The position numbers and the translations under genes were made by a program. This document shows, one piece after another, positions 27,656-37,655 of a stretch of 64,000 nt of DNA (its first letter is position 1; the number at the start of each line of letters is the position of its first letter). Source of the stretch: Candidatus Kerfeldbacteria bacterium (GTDB taxonomy: Bacteria > Patescibacteriota > Patescibacteriia > UBA10025 > JAHIVO01); assembly GCA_016214565.1 (NCBI GenBank), contig JACROE010000002.1:408007-472006 (forward strand), written 5' to 3'. Below the pieces are notes generated by a model. The model was not told the origin of the DNA, did not search any database, and saw only the letters and a program-made list of their open reading frames with translations.

Positions 27656-28162
27656 TTATTCCTCGTGGACGCGAACGACCGTTACTTTGTTTACTTTTTC
27701 AGCTTTGGGTAATGTCACGCTCAGGACCCCATTACGAATGGTGGCCTTGATCTGGTCAATCTTCACATCGCAGGGGAGAATAATGGATCGAGAAAACCCG
27801 CCCCAATAACATTCACGGTAAAAATAATCCTGATCAGATACTTCATGATCCTTTTCGCGTTTGCCGCGAATGGTAATCATGTCATTATTAACTGAGATAT
27901 CAATGTCTTCCGGTTTAACGCCGGCAATGGTGGATTTGATGACAATCTCGTCAGTAGTCTGATAGACGTCGACCGCCAATTGCCCGGCAAAATCATCGTC
28001 GTCCAGCCAATTCTGATCAATAGCGCGTGGAGTCGAAGCAGACACTGCTTTGCCATTCGACGCAGCCAAATCACGAGTAAAGTCATACTCGTATTCGTCT
28101 TTTCGCTTTTCCTTGGTGTTTGTGGTATTTTTTGAAGCTGATGCCATATCAATATCGCTCAA
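27656..28162 (-). CDS. Hsp20/alpha-crystallin small heat-shock protein
   Basis: ACD core AVDVYQTTDEIVIKSTIAGVKPEDIDISVNNDMITIRGKRE...GGFSRSIILP...GVLSVTLPK. Confidence 0.85.
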   Translation of the reverse strand: MSDIDMASASKNTTNTKEKRKDEYEYDFTRDLAASNGKAVSASTPRAIDQNWLDDDDFAGQLAVDVYQTTDEIVIKSTIAGVKPEDIDISVNNDMITIRGKREKDHEVSDQDYFYRECYWGGFSRSIILPCDVKIDQIKATIRNGVLSVTLPKAEKVNKVTVVRVHEE

Positions 28163-28262
28163 AGATGCAATTAGTATACAATATTAATACAAGAAGTGCT
28201 AGTATAATGGGCATGCATTGACGCGCGCCAATAAGTACGCTACGATTGGCGATACTACATTT

Positions 28263-28276
28263 ATGGCCCCATCGTC
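28263..28276 (+). repeat. 14-nt direct repeat copying the 5' end of tRNA-Glu (upstream copy)
   Basis: atggccccatcgtc at 28263-28276 and again at 28309-28322, the last 2 nt before tRNA-Glu plus its first 12 nt. The copies are 32 nt apart. Confidence 0.7.
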
Positions 28277-28310
28277 CCTGCCACTGGCCATAAACGAACT
28301 ATTCAACCAT

Positions 28311-28385
28311 GGCCCCATCGTCTAACGGTTAGGACACCACGCTTTCAATGTGGTAACCGGGGTTCGATTCCCCGTGGGGCTACCA
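28311..28385 (+). tRNA. tRNA-Glu (anticodon TTC)
   Basis: Acceptor GGCCCCA/TGGGGCT, D-arm GTCTAACGGTTAGGAC, anticodon stem CCACG/TGTGG with loop CTTTCAA, T-arm CGGGGTTCGATTCCCCG, encoded CCA. Confidence 0.8.
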
Positions 28386-28436
28386 TAATCATACAAAAAA
28401 AGCCCAGTCACCGTTGAGCGCATCATCGTACAATGC

Positions 28437-28799
28437 CTATGCGGTTTTTTTGTGTCGCGTCATCATCCACACCACCGCACCACCGAGTAAGAGCACCGCG
28501 GCAATAATGATAACCATGGCGTCAGTGGATGAAATTTCGCCGCGACTCTGAGCCGTGGCGCTGGTATTTGATGCTGTGCTGGCCGGCTGGGCAATTCGAT
28601 TATTCAAAACGCTCGAAGGCATTGTCTTGACTTCATTAATCGGAGCGCTATCACCCTGAGTGATTACGTCGGGGGTTTCACTGAAGAGGCCAGCGGCATC
28701 GGGCTCGCTCGTAAGTGCAAAGGCGGGCGTAGCGACTGAAACGAAACACCAGGCGATAACGAATGTACATACTAGAGTGCGAAAACGCATAAACTGCAA
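28437..28799 (-). CDS. secreted protein with signal peptide and C-terminal TM anchor plus basic tail
   Basis: N-terminal signal sequence (..VATPAFA|LTSE), Ser/Thr-rich middle, C-terminal hydrophobic helix followed by TRHKKTA. No clear LPXTG/LAXTG. Confidence 0.45.
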   Translation of the reverse strand: MQFMRFRTLVCTFVIAWCFVSVATPAFALTSEPDAAGLFSETPDVITQGDSAPINEVKTMPSSVLNNRIAQPASTASNTSATAQSRGEISSTDAMVIIIAAVLLLGGAVVWMMTRHKKTA

Positions 28800-28922
28800 T
28801 ATGGCCTTAAAAATTCAATACATTGAATAATAAAAACCTTGAATTATTATTAGTATAGCATAGGTACGCCAAGCGTGCCTCCACCAAGTGACGGAGCCAG
28901 GTGTGGTACAATACACCTAACT

Positions 28923-29942
28923 ATGCGTATCTTAGGGATAGAAACAAGTTGCGACGAAACGGCTGTCAGCATTATCACGGGCAATCGCGGACGACTAAAA
29001 ATCGAAGCGCACGTCGTCTCCAGCCAAATCGCCACCCACCGGAAATACGGCGGCGTGGTGCCTGAAGTTGCCGCGCGACATCATGTGCACAACATGATCC
29101 CGGTCATCATGGAAGCCCTGCGCACGACGCACCGAACACCGGATGATATTGATGCCATTGCGGTGACGCGCGGTCCAGGTTTGATTACCTCCTTGCGGGT
29201 CGGCGTGCAAACCGCCAAGACCCTGAGCTATGTCTGGAATAAACCGCTGATCGGGGTCAATCATATGGAGGGGCACGTCTATGCAAACTGGTTAGACCAA
29301 TCAAACATTACTTTCCCCGTGCTCTGTCTGGTAGTATCAGGCGGACATACCCAGCTAATCCTGATGACCGACCATGGTCAATACCGATTGCTCGGACAAA
29401 CCAGAGATGATGCGGCCGGAGAAGCATTTGATAAAGTCGCTAAGATGCTCAAGCTGCCGTACCCCGGTGGGCCACGCATACAGAAACTCGCTGTTAAAGG
29501 GAATGCGCAGCGCTTCAACTTCCCTCGGCCGATGCTCAATCAAAACAATGATGACTTCAGTTTTGCCGGATTAAAGACTGCTGTGCTCACCGTGCTCACC
29601 AACCACTATCAATCAAAAAAACCGCCGCTGGCTGACATCTGCGCTTCATTTCAGCAGGCGGTCATCGATGTTCTGGTGCAAAAAACAATCCGCGCTGCCA
29701 ACCAATACCACACCAAAAGCGTCATCCTCGCTGGTGGAGTGGCGGCCAACCAACCGCTGCGCGAACAACTCAAACAAGCCGTCCGCACCCTGAACCCCCG
29801 TATCAAGTATGGCACTCCGCCGCTCTCACTCTGTACTGATAACGCGACAATGATTGCCATGGCCGGATATGCCCAGGCGCGTAAAAAACGGTTTGATGAC
29901 TGGCATACCATGGAAGCCGACCCCAATTGGGAACTCGTCTAA
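28923..29942 (+). CDS. tsaD: tRNA N6-adenosine threonylcarbamoyltransferase TsaD (Kae1/YgjD family)
   Basis: MRILGIETSCDETAVSI start, His pair HMEGH...H, and a GGVAAN motif. Likely start is 28923; the track ORF begins at 28875. Confidence 0.9.
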   Translation: MRILGIETSCDETAVSIITGNRGRLKIEAHVVSSQIATHRKYGGVVPEVAARHHVHNMIPVIMEALRTTHRTPDDIDAIAVTRGPGLITSLRVGVQTAKTLSYVWNKPLIGVNHMEGHVYANWLDQSNITFPVLCLVVSGGHTQLILMTDHGQYRLLGQTRDDAAGEAFDKVAKMLKLPYPGGPRIQKLAVKGNAQRFNFPRPMLNQNNDDFSFAGLKTAVLTVLTNHYQSKKPPLADICASFQQAVIDVLVQKTIRAANQYHTKSVILAGGVAANQPLREQLKQAVRTLNPRIKYGTPPLSLCTDNATMIAMAGYAQARKKRFDDWHTMEADPNWELV

Positions 29943-29969
29943 TGGCTGATTTTCGGGTACACTGTATAC

Positions 29970-32492
29970 ATGAAACCCCTGGAAAAAGCCTACGAACCAC
30001 AATCAATTGAACAAGCCATCTATCAGCGCTGGGAGCGGTCAGGATTTTTTAATCCTGACAAATTGCCGGGTAAACGCACCAAGACATTTAGCGTAGCCAT
30101 GCCCCCGCCAAACGTGACTGGGGAATTGCATCTGGGGCATGCTACCGGCATCACCATCCAGGACATTTTGACGCGATTCTACCGGATGCGTGGGTACAAA
30201 GCGCTCTATCTGCCGGGCACTGACCACGCTGGTATCTCTACGCAGGTAATGGTAGAACGTCTCATCGCAGAGTCAGGGCTTGACCGACACACCCTGGGGC
30301 GTGAGGCATTCCTGAAGCACGTCTGGGATTGGAAGAAAAAATACGGCAGCCGCATTACCGAGCAAATCCGCCAGCTCGGCGCCTCGTGCGATTGGTCACG
30401 CGAACATTTCACCATGGATCCTAAGCTTACCGAGGCAGTTCAGCATGCCTTTATCACCATGTATAAGGACGGACTTATCTATCGCGGAAATCGAATTGTG
30501 AACTGGGATCCAAAAAGCCGAACCGCGCTGTCCGATCTGGAAGTAAAACACGTCGAAACAACCAGTAAGCTCTACTACATCAAATATCCTCTCTTTGGCA
30601 GTACCAAATATGTAACCGTCGCCACGACTCGTCCTGAAACTATGCTTGGCGATACCGCGGTCGCCGTTAATCCCGATGATGCGCGATACAAAGAGTACAT
30701 CGGTAAAAGTGTGCTGATCCCTATCGTTAATCGCGAAGTGCCGATCATCACCGACAAACGCGTTGACCCAGCTTTTGGCACTGGCGCGGTCAAAGTTACT
30801 CCCGCCCATGACCCGCTGGATTATGAAATCGGCCAGGACCATCATCTCCCCATCATCAATATTATTGGCATGGATGGCATGCTCACAAAAGAAGCGGGGG
30901 AATATTATGGCAAAAGCGTTCAGCAAGCACGCCAACTTATTATTCAACGTTTAGACGAGGAAGAATTGCTGGAAAAAACTATTGATTACCTGCACAATCA
31001 AGCCCGATCCGAACGAACCAGCGCTCCGATTGAACCGCTCATCTCTCGCCAATGGTTTGTCAAAATGGATAAACTCGCCGCAGCTGGACTGCGCGCAGTC
31101 AAACAGAAAAAAATCGCCATCATCCCTGACCGATTTGATAAAGTCTACACGCACTGGCTGGAAAATATCAAAGACTGGTGTATTTCCCGACAATTATGGT
31201 GGGGTCATCAAATCCCGATTTGGTACAAAGGCGACGAGGTGCGTGCTTCAATCAAAAAACCAGGAAATGGCTGGGTGCAAGACGAGGACACATTGGACAC
31301 CTGGTTCTCTTCGGGACTCTGGACCTTTGCCACCTTAGGCTGGCCGAAGCGCGGGACGGCTGACCTCAAGCGCTATCATCCCACCACGGTCATGGAAACC
31401 GGCTGGGATCTAATTTTCTTCTGGGTAGCACGCATGATTATGCTGAGCCTGTACTTCACTAAATCAATTCCCTTCAAAACAGTGTACCTGCACGGCATGG
31501 TACTGGATAAAGACGGCAAAAAAATGTCCAAGTCAAAAGGTACGGGCGTTGATCCAATCCCCATGACCCAAAAGTACGGCACTGACGCCATTCGCTTATC
31601 ACTCATACTGGGCACGACGCCCGGACAAGACTTCCGTCTCTACGAAGAAAAGATTGCTGGCTACCGAAATTTCATCAATAAGCTGTGGAACGTTGCGCGG
31701 TATGTATTGGCACATCCGAAGACGAAGGAACCACTGCGCCTGACGACCTTAGCTGACCAATGGATTATGAGCCGGCTCCAGGGATTAATCACCACCGTGA
31801 CTACCCACATCGAATCGTACAACTTTTCGGAAGCCGGCACCGCACTCTATGACTTCCTCTGGCGCGAGTTGGCTGATTGGTACATTGAGCTTTCGAAATC
31901 TCATCTAAACGTTCCGCTGCTCTACCATATCCTGGAAACGTTTCTCGCGTTAGCCCACCCCTACATGCCCTATGTGACCGAGGAGGTTTGGTCGAGATTA
32001 TCGGGCACCGAAAAAAAATCTATGCTCATCGTACACGCCTGGCCTCAGGCTCAACGCCGCTACCACAATACTGAAGCAGAAAAAAAATTCACCACCCTTC
32101 AGGACTTCGTCGGCAGCATTAGAAATATTCGCGCTGAAGAGAAAATATCGCCCACCACACTCATTGATGCGGTGATTAGCGGTAAGCGCCAGTCAGTCAT
32201 TATTGAGCATCAGGAAAGTATTATGCGCCTGGCTCGATTAAAATCACTCACGGCCAGCCCCATTACCAAACCAACGGGAACCATCACCGGTCTTGATTTT
32301 GCCTTAGATTATACCCGTGACGACACCTCAATCAACAAAGAACTGCATCAATTATCAGAATACATTCAGCGCTTAGAACAAAAGCTCTCGAATGCTAATT
32401 TCATTGACCATGCCCCGGAAGCGGTCATTGAGGGAGAGCGGGAAAAATTAGCCGAAGCGCGAGAACGGCTTCAGTCTTTGACTCGCGGTTAG
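29970..32492 (+). CDS. valS: valyl-tRNA synthetase
   Basis: PPPNVTGELHLGHA (HIGH), KMSKSKGT (KMSKS), editing domain, and a C-terminal coiled coil, all ValRS-like. Confidence 0.9.
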   Translation: MKPLEKAYEPQSIEQAIYQRWERSGFFNPDKLPGKRTKTFSVAMPPPNVTGELHLGHATGITIQDILTRFYRMRGYKALYLPGTDHAGISTQVMVERLIAESGLDRHTLGREAFLKHVWDWKKKYGSRITEQIRQLGASCDWSREHFTMDPKLTEAVQHAFITMYKDGLIYRGNRIVNWDPKSRTALSDLEVKHVETTSKLYYIKYPLFGSTKYVTVATTRPETMLGDTAVAVNPDDARYKEYIGKSVLIPIVNREVPIITDKRVDPAFGTGAVKVTPAHDPLDYEIGQDHHLPIINIIGMDGMLTKEAGEYYGKSVQQARQLIIQRLDEEELLEKTIDYLHNQARSERTSAPIEPLISRQWFVKMDKLAAAGLRAVKQKKIAIIPDRFDKVYTHWLENIKDWCISRQLWWGHQIPIWYKGDEVRASIKKPGNGWVQDEDTLDTWFSSGLWTFATLGWPKRGTADLKRYHPTTVMETGWDLIFFWVARMIMLSLYFTKSIPFKTVYLHGMVLDKDGKKMSKSKGTGVDPIPMTQKYGTDAIRLSLILGTTPGQDFRLYEEKIAGYRNFINKLWNVARYVLAHPKTKEPLRLTTLADQWIMSRLQGLITTVTTHIESYNFSEAGTALYDFLWRELADWYIELSKSHLNVPLLYHILETFLALAHPYMPYVTEEVWSRLSGTEKKSMLIVHAWPQAQRRYHNTEAEKKFTTLQDFVGSIRNIRAEEKISPTTLIDAVISGKRQSVIIEHQESIMRLARLKSLTASPITKPTGTITGLDFALDYTRDDTSINKELHQLSEYIQRLEQKLSNANFIDHAPEAVIEGEREKLAEARERLQSLTRG

Positions 32493-32502
32493 GGAGCGGC
32501 TC

Positions 32503-32700
32503 CTACTTACGCGCCCGGGCGGACCGACCCAGGTCTTCTTTGCTCATTCCATGATAATCCCGACCCTCATGGAATGCTTGATTATGTTTCCGCTCTTCTT
32601 CCCATCGATCACGCGCTTCATGCTGCTCTCGAACTTTTTCCGAGGCCTGCGCCTGGATTCGATGGATTTCTCGCTCACTGATGGAACCAAATTCGCCCAT
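32503..32700 (-). CDS. possible small highly charged protein (65 aa)
   Basis: ORF between valS and the second PilB-like gene, Lys/Arg/Glu-rich and possibly helical. No known motif. Confidence 0.25.
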   Translation of the reverse strand: MGEFGSISEREIHRIQAQASEKVREQHEARDRWEEERKHNQAFHEGRDYHGMSKEDLGRSARARK

Positions 32701-32720
32701 ATTTTTTTATGGTTAGTTGC

Positions 32721-34532
32721 TTATTTGGTGACTTTGAATACTTCATCGATTGTGGTAATGCCCTGCAAAGCCTTGAGAATGCCATCCTGCTGCATAGTTA
32801 ACATACCCGCCTTGTGACCCTCTTCTTTAAGGGCGTATTCAGAAACCTTGCCTGACAAGATCAGTTGTTCAATATTTGGATTCATAGTCAGCATTTCAAA
32901 TATACCGATACGTCCACGAAACCCGGTTTCATGGTTTTCCGGTGTTGGGATACCCCGATAAAATTTCAGATGCTGTGAATCGACGTTTCTCCGCATCTCC
33001 TGCGGAATGGATTCAAGCACTTGATGCACCAATTCAAGCTGGGCCGCTTCAGGCGTATATTCCTCCTTATGCGCCGGGTCAATCCGACGAACCAGCCGCT
33101 GACCGATTAATAAATTCAAAGCGGGTGCTAAGAGAAATGGTCGGACATTCATCGCCAACAACCGCGGGATGGCTCCGGCGGCGCTATTCGTGTGCAGCGT
33201 TGAAAGCATGAGATGCCCGGTCAAAGCTGCCTGAATGGCAATTTCTGCCGTTTCTTGATCTCGAATTTCACCGACCATCACAATGTCGGGATCTTGGCGT
33301 AAGACCGCCCGCAGTCCAGTGGCAAACGTAAACTGCTGCCGGCCGGTCGTTCCCGACTTCAATAAAGTACGGATGTCTTCTTTTTCGCCCGATTGCTCGC
33401 CGCCCTGCACTTGGCTCTGGGTCACACCCTTCAAACGATATTCAATCGGGTTTTCCAGAGTAATTATTTTTGATTCTGGGCTGTTCAATTTTTTTAATAT
33501 CGCATACAGCGTCGTCGTTTTACCAGAGCCAGTGGGGCCAGTCGTGATAATCATGCCATTCGGTCGGCTCATTTCTCGAATCAATATGTCGTAGGCGGGA
33601 CCAACCAAGCCCATGCCGTCCAGTCCAATGCCGGTGGATGATGACATAAGCAACCGCATCACAATACTTTCGCCATACGCGCTCGGTACTGTCGATACAC
33701 GCACGTCAATAAAATCATTCGTCATGAAGATGGTAAACCGACCGTCTTGGGGGATATCTGAAACGTTTATTTTTAGTTTGGCCAATAATTTCACTCGATT
33801 AATCACCTTGGGCCACATCTTCTTCTGCAACATGGCAGCGTCATACAACACGCCATCAACGCGAAATCGAACCTTGACGTCATCTTGCTCTGCTTCGATA
33901 TGCACATCCGATGCCTGGGACTGGATAGCGGTGGCCATGATGATGGTAAATAGGTCGCTGGTAGAGACATGCTGGATCTTTTCCTGAAGCTCACGGAATG
34001 ATTTTATGTCTCGTTGGTATTTCTTCAAATCCTCCTCCTTAATCTCAATACCAGCCACGTACGTGCGTGGGCGGGGGAGGGCGGCATACAGCTTCAATGC
34101 TGCATCCAAGCTAAGTGCGGACAACGCATATAAATCACCATGACACTGTGTTTCTTCCTGAATGGCATCAAATTTTTTCTGCACTTCGGGATCGAGAGGA
34201 TTAATCGCTCCCAAACGAAATTCGCGGTCAGTCTTAAAAAAACAGACCGCCTGCAACGATCGGGCCACGTCTTCATCTATCAAGATAAGAGCTTCAGGCG
34301 CAATCGGGAACCCTTTCAGGTTAATATATCCGACGCCCATTCGCTGCGCCTCTTCCTGAGTTGCCTCCTCTTTCCTCTTGGCTTCAATTTCATGAATCTT
34401 TGATTTCAATTTTTCTTCAACCTCTTCAGATGAAACCTGTGGGGCGCCATCGTGAGATTGACGAATCAAGTCATCAATACTTCGCTCATGTTTTGAAGTA
34501 ATATCCTGGTTCATACCCACGCAGTATACCAA
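32721..34532 (-). CDS. second GspE/PilB-family secretion/pilus ATPase (orphan)
   Basis: Walker A GPTGSGKTT, Asp and His boxes, an N-terminal GSPII_E_N-like domain. No CxxC tetrad seen at the C-terminus. It is not next to other pilus genes. Confidence 0.85.
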   Translation of the reverse strand: MVYCVGMNQDITSKHERSIDDLIRQSHDGAPQVSSEEVEEKLKSKIHEIEAKRKEEATQEEAQRMGVGYINLKGFPIAPEALILIDEDVARSLQAVCFFKTDREFRLGAINPLDPEVQKKFDAIQEETQCHGDLYALSALSLDAALKLYAALPRPRTYVAGIEIKEEDLKKYQRDIKSFRELQEKIQHVSTSDLFTIIMATAIQSQASDVHIEAEQDDVKVRFRVDGVLYDAAMLQKKMWPKVINRVKLLAKLKINVSDIPQDGRFTIFMTNDFIDVRVSTVPSAYGESIVMRLLMSSSTGIGLDGMGLVGPAYDILIREMSRPNGMIITTGPTGSGKTTTLYAILKKLNSPESKIITLENPIEYRLKGVTQSQVQGGEQSGEKEDIRTLLKSGTTGRQQFTFATGLRAVLRQDPDIVMVGEIRDQETAEIAIQAALTGHLMLSTLHTNSAAGAIPRLLAMNVRPFLLAPALNLLIGQRLVRRIDPAHKEEYTPEAAQLELVHQVLESIPQEMRRNVDSQHLKFYRGIPTPENHETGFRGRIGIFEMLTMNPNIEQLILSGKVSEYALKEEGHKAGMLTMQQDGILKALQGITTIDEVFKVTK

Positions 34533-34577
34533 AAAAGAGTCTCTGGGTAAACGGACACCTATTCGCTTTTCACCACT

Positions 34578-35723
34578 CTATGAGCGGCTCTGTAAGAATT
34601 TTTTTGCAATGTCAACGACGATGCGCTCGCCAGCGAGCAAATCGGGTTGAGGAACTGAAAAACGAGTAAAATTGCGCGTGCCAGTGGGGTGATACTCTTT
34701 GTACATGGTCATCCCATCGATCGCTTTGACCGTGCTCACGATGACGCCGACGCGCTCACCGTCTTCGAAAAGCACGAGAACTATTTCCGCGTCAGGAGTA
34801 TTCACAATCAACTCATCAACCACGCCGTCTAATTCACTCGAACCTGCTCCTGATTTCTCAAAATCTTGTTTATTCAATAATGACCAGACCACCCGGCCGT
34901 TCAAATCGGTTTTGAGGCGAGCTAAAGCGCGACCCCACAAACGGAGGGTATTGATTGATTTCGTTTGGTACAAATTTTTGATAACTGCTTCTCGCCGTGC
35001 GCCATTTTCAATCAAGTGACTGCTGATAGCCAATGATTTTGGCGTGACGGTAGTTGTTTGGAAGCTCTTAGTCTTCGAAATGATACCGGCTAAAAGATTG
35101 GTAGCAATGAACTCGTCTAAAATATTATTTTTCAATTCGCGCAGGAGCTCAAATATAATCTCCGACGTGGAGGTCGCGACGAGATCAACAATATTTATTT
35201 CCCCAAAATATTCATTGGCCGGATTATGATCAATATTAATGATCGGGGTGTGATAAAAGAACTCGGTATTCTGATCGTATAATTTACCTAAACTCTCAAG
35301 CTCCGGCGCGTCAATCACAATGATCAAATCAAATTCATACGATGAGGCTGAAGACGTCACGTCCCGCGCTTCAAAAAAACCGCTCTTCGGCGTAATGAAA
35401 ATATCGAGTCGCTTTTGGTCATTGCTGAAGTCATAACTCAGCTCTTCGACAGGCGTACGAGAAACATCCAATGAAATAATAAACTTTCGCAATGCCGTCA
35501 GATCAGAATGAATCGCCTCGCTTTTCGGTAAAAATTGGTGCGACGCCGGCACGCGAAAATCACTCGCGACAACAACCGAATTCTTTTTCATTTTTTCCAA
35601 AGCTAAATGAAGCCCCAGTCCAGCGGCAACGGCGTCGGTCGACGGATTAATTGGCAAAGCAATAACAATGTTAGTGCTTTTATGTAATACGTCAGCAGCT
35701 TGTTGATGCGTAGATCGTTCCAT
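34578..35723 (-). CDS. DHH-family phosphoesterase (NrnA-like nanoRNase/pAp phosphatase) with a C-terminal extension
   Basis: DHH motif region (IDHNP), a DHHA1-like GGH-type region, and about 70 extra C-terminal aa. Confidence 0.65.
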   Translation of the reverse strand: MERSTHQQAADVLHKSTNIVIALPINPSTDAVAAGLGLHLALEKMKKNSVVVASDFRVPASHQFLPKSEAIHSDLTALRKFIISLDVSRTPVEELSYDFSNDQKRLDIFITPKSGFFEARDVTSSASSYEFDLIIVIDAPELESLGKLYDQNTEFFYHTPIINIDHNPANEYFGEINIVDLVATSTSEIIFELLRELKNNILDEFIATNLLAGIISKTKSFQTTTVTPKSLAISSHLIENGARREAVIKNLYQTKSINTLRLWGRALARLKTDLNGRVVWSLLNKQDFEKSGAGSSELDGVVDELIVNTPDAEIVLVLFEDGERVGVIVSTVKAIDGMTMYKEYHPTGTRNFTRFSVPQPDLLAGERIVVDIAKKFLQSRS

Positions 35724-35901
35724 ACTATCAATACAATAGATAACCCATCCTCAATCAGGATGTGTTCTGTAGCGCGCAAATGATACCCTGTCCAACTGGG
35801 AAAAAGTCTCAGATGTGCATCACAGAAATCAATTGAGTATACTGGGCAGGCAGTTGCCTGTCAAGCTTGGCGGGCAGTATATTCTACCGTACAATACGAC
35901 T

Positions 35902-36348
35902 ATGCAAAAAATTACAAAATCGGTAGCCGAAACGAAGAAATTTGCTGAAACCTTAGCAAAAAAATGTCGTGGGGGAGAGATCTATGCGCTGATCGGCACC
36001 CTGGGGAGCGGCAAAACCGCCTTTACCCAAGGTTTTGCCCGTGGCCTTGGGATACGACGACATATCCCCAGTCCAACCTTTACCTTGCTAAATCTTTACC
36101 CGATTGCCCGACGGGGGCGGCTGGCCTATTTTTGCCATGTCGACCTATACCGGCTGCGTCATATCACCGAGCTATCAGAAATCGGCCTCAGCGAATGGTT
36201 GGGGAGGGCTGACACCGTCACCGTGATCGAATGGGCGGATCGGATGAGTCAATCACTTCGCCATGCGTCCCATATCAGCATCCAATTCCGGGTACGGAGC
36301 GAATCATCTCGAACGCTGCTCCTCCAGCGCCACCACGCCCGTGCCTAA
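35902..36348 (+). CDS. tsaE: tRNA threonylcarbamoyladenosine biosynthesis ATPase TsaE (YjeE)
   Basis: P-loop GTLGSGKTAFTQG, SPTFTL motif, about 150 aa. Start MQKITK is at 35902; the track ORF begins at 35815. Confidence 0.85.
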   Translation: MQKITKSVAETKKFAETLAKKCRGGEIYALIGTLGSGKTAFTQGFARGLGIRRHIPSPTFTLLNLYPIARRGRLAYFCHVDLYRLRHITELSEIGLSEWLGRADTVTVIEWADRMSQSLRHASHISIQFRVRSESSRTLLLQRHHARA

Positions 36349-36650
36349 ATAGGGGCCGAGGCCTCGGTGGCAGCGCGCACCGGCGTCGTCGTATCATCAA
36401 CGACCATCTTTTTTTTCGTAACTGAAATTACCTGGCTCGGTGCGACTAATAACTCGGTGTTGTCCAGCAAGCTGCCGAGTAAATCTGTGCGCCGCACCAC
36501 ATAATGCTGAACCTGATGCGCATTCATATCAAGCTGCACATCGACTACAGTGCCGAGGTGCGTGCCTGATTTAGTATACACCGGCAAATCACGAAGTTGT
36601 TTTGTGCTCCAGCGTTGTTCCATTGGTTTGGTCTCCGGACGGGGATGCAT
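36345..36650 (-). CDS. PRC-barrel-like small protein
   Basis: LRDLPVYTKSGTHLGTVVDVQLD resembles the PRC/RimM-like barrel. It overlaps the yidC 3' end, so the true start is probably internal. Confidence 0.35.
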   Translation of the reverse strand: MHPRPETKPMEQRWSTKQLRDLPVYTKSGTHLGTVVDVQLDMNAHQVQHYVVRRTDLLGSLLDNTELLVAPSQVISVTKKKMVVDDTTTPVRAATEASAPI

Positions 36651-37389
36651 GATGCCGCTTTAAAACAAAATACTGTTGCGCGATAGTGAAGAGAGTGGAT
36701 ACGAGCCAATAGAGCGTCAGTCCGGCGGGGAACTGGATGCCGAAGAAAACTGTCACGGCGGGGAGAACGTAGCGCATTTGCTTATTCATACTGGCCGTCA
36801 TGCTTTCATCCTTCGCACCAGGCACGGCAGGCGGCTGTTTGCGGCTTAACATATTTGATTGGAAGAAGGTGGCCAAGCCCGCAATTATAGCGAGAGCCCA
36901 ATTTTTCGTCTGCGACAAATCAATAAAACCAAGAAATTGAGAATTGATTGCCTTGCTGGTAAAGATATCGCGCATCGGCCCGTATAAATGTTCTAATTGC
37001 TCTGCCATCAAGATATGCGTCGTCGGATCAGTCTGGGACACGGCGAGAAACGCTCGATACAAAGCAATAAGTATGGGTAATTGAATCAACAACGGCAAAC
37101 ATGAAGAAAGGGGGTTAACCTTGTTCTCCTTATAAAACTTCATGGTTTGTCGGCCCAGCTCTTCTCGATCATTTTTATACTTTTGCTGTAGCGCCTGTAA
37201 TTGCGGCTGGGTTTCTTGCAATCGCTTTTGGGCTACAATCGACGAACGGGAAGGGAAATACAGGATGCCTTTGATCAGTAGGGTCAATAAAATAATTGCC
37301 GCCCCCAGATTAGGGATGTAATGATAAATAAAAACAAGGGCGTTCAGTATCGGTTCGAGTAAAATGAGATTAAATATGTCTCCAATCAT
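36589..37389 (-). CDS. yidC: membrane protein insertase YidC/Oxa1 (short form)
   Basis: Conserved TM2 region LLIKGILYFP...Q.LQ.KYK.D...........YKE.KVNP...CLPLLIQLPI.IALY. Confidence 0.85.
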   Translation of the reverse strand: MIGDIFNLILLEPILNALVFIYHYIPNLGAAIILLTLLIKGILYFPSRSSIVAQKRLQETQPQLQALQQKYKNDREELGRQTMKFYKENKVNPLSSCLPLLIQLPILIALYRAFLAVSQTDPTTHILMAEQLEHLYGPMRDIFTSKAINSQFLGFIDLSQTKNWALAIIAGLATFFQSNMLSRKQPPAVPGAKDESMTASMNKQMRYVLPAVTVFFGIQFPAGLTLYWLVSTLFTIAQQYFVLKRHHASPSGDQTNGTTLEHKTTS

Positions 37390-37409
37390 GAAGGTAGCAA
37401 ATAAATTAA

Positions 37410-37652
37410 TTATCGGTCGGGGACGGGGTCATGGCCTGGTTCGTGCCAGGGGTTGCATCGCAAAATTCGCCGCATACCCAGCCAACTGCCGCGCCACAGG
37501 CCATGGCGGGAAATAGACCGGTGGGTATATTCCGAGCAGCTCGGATACAGTCGGCAATACCCGTACGGATGCCGGTAGGAAAACCACCCATGATCGGGTG
37601 AGATCGTGCGCTGATACAAGCGAATTAATGATAAGACAAGGGTAGACATCAT
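37410..37652 (-). CDS. yidD: membrane protein insertion efficiency factor YidD
   Basis: LIRLYQRTISP......CR..PSCSEY...I..HG...G..L...RILRC.PWH.GG.D.V. Confidence 0.85.
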   Translation of the reverse strand: MMSTLVLSLIRLYQRTISPDHGWFSYRHPYGYCRLYPSCSEYTHRSISRHGLWRGSWLGMRRILRCNPWHEPGHDPVPDR

Positions 37653-37655
37653 AGA

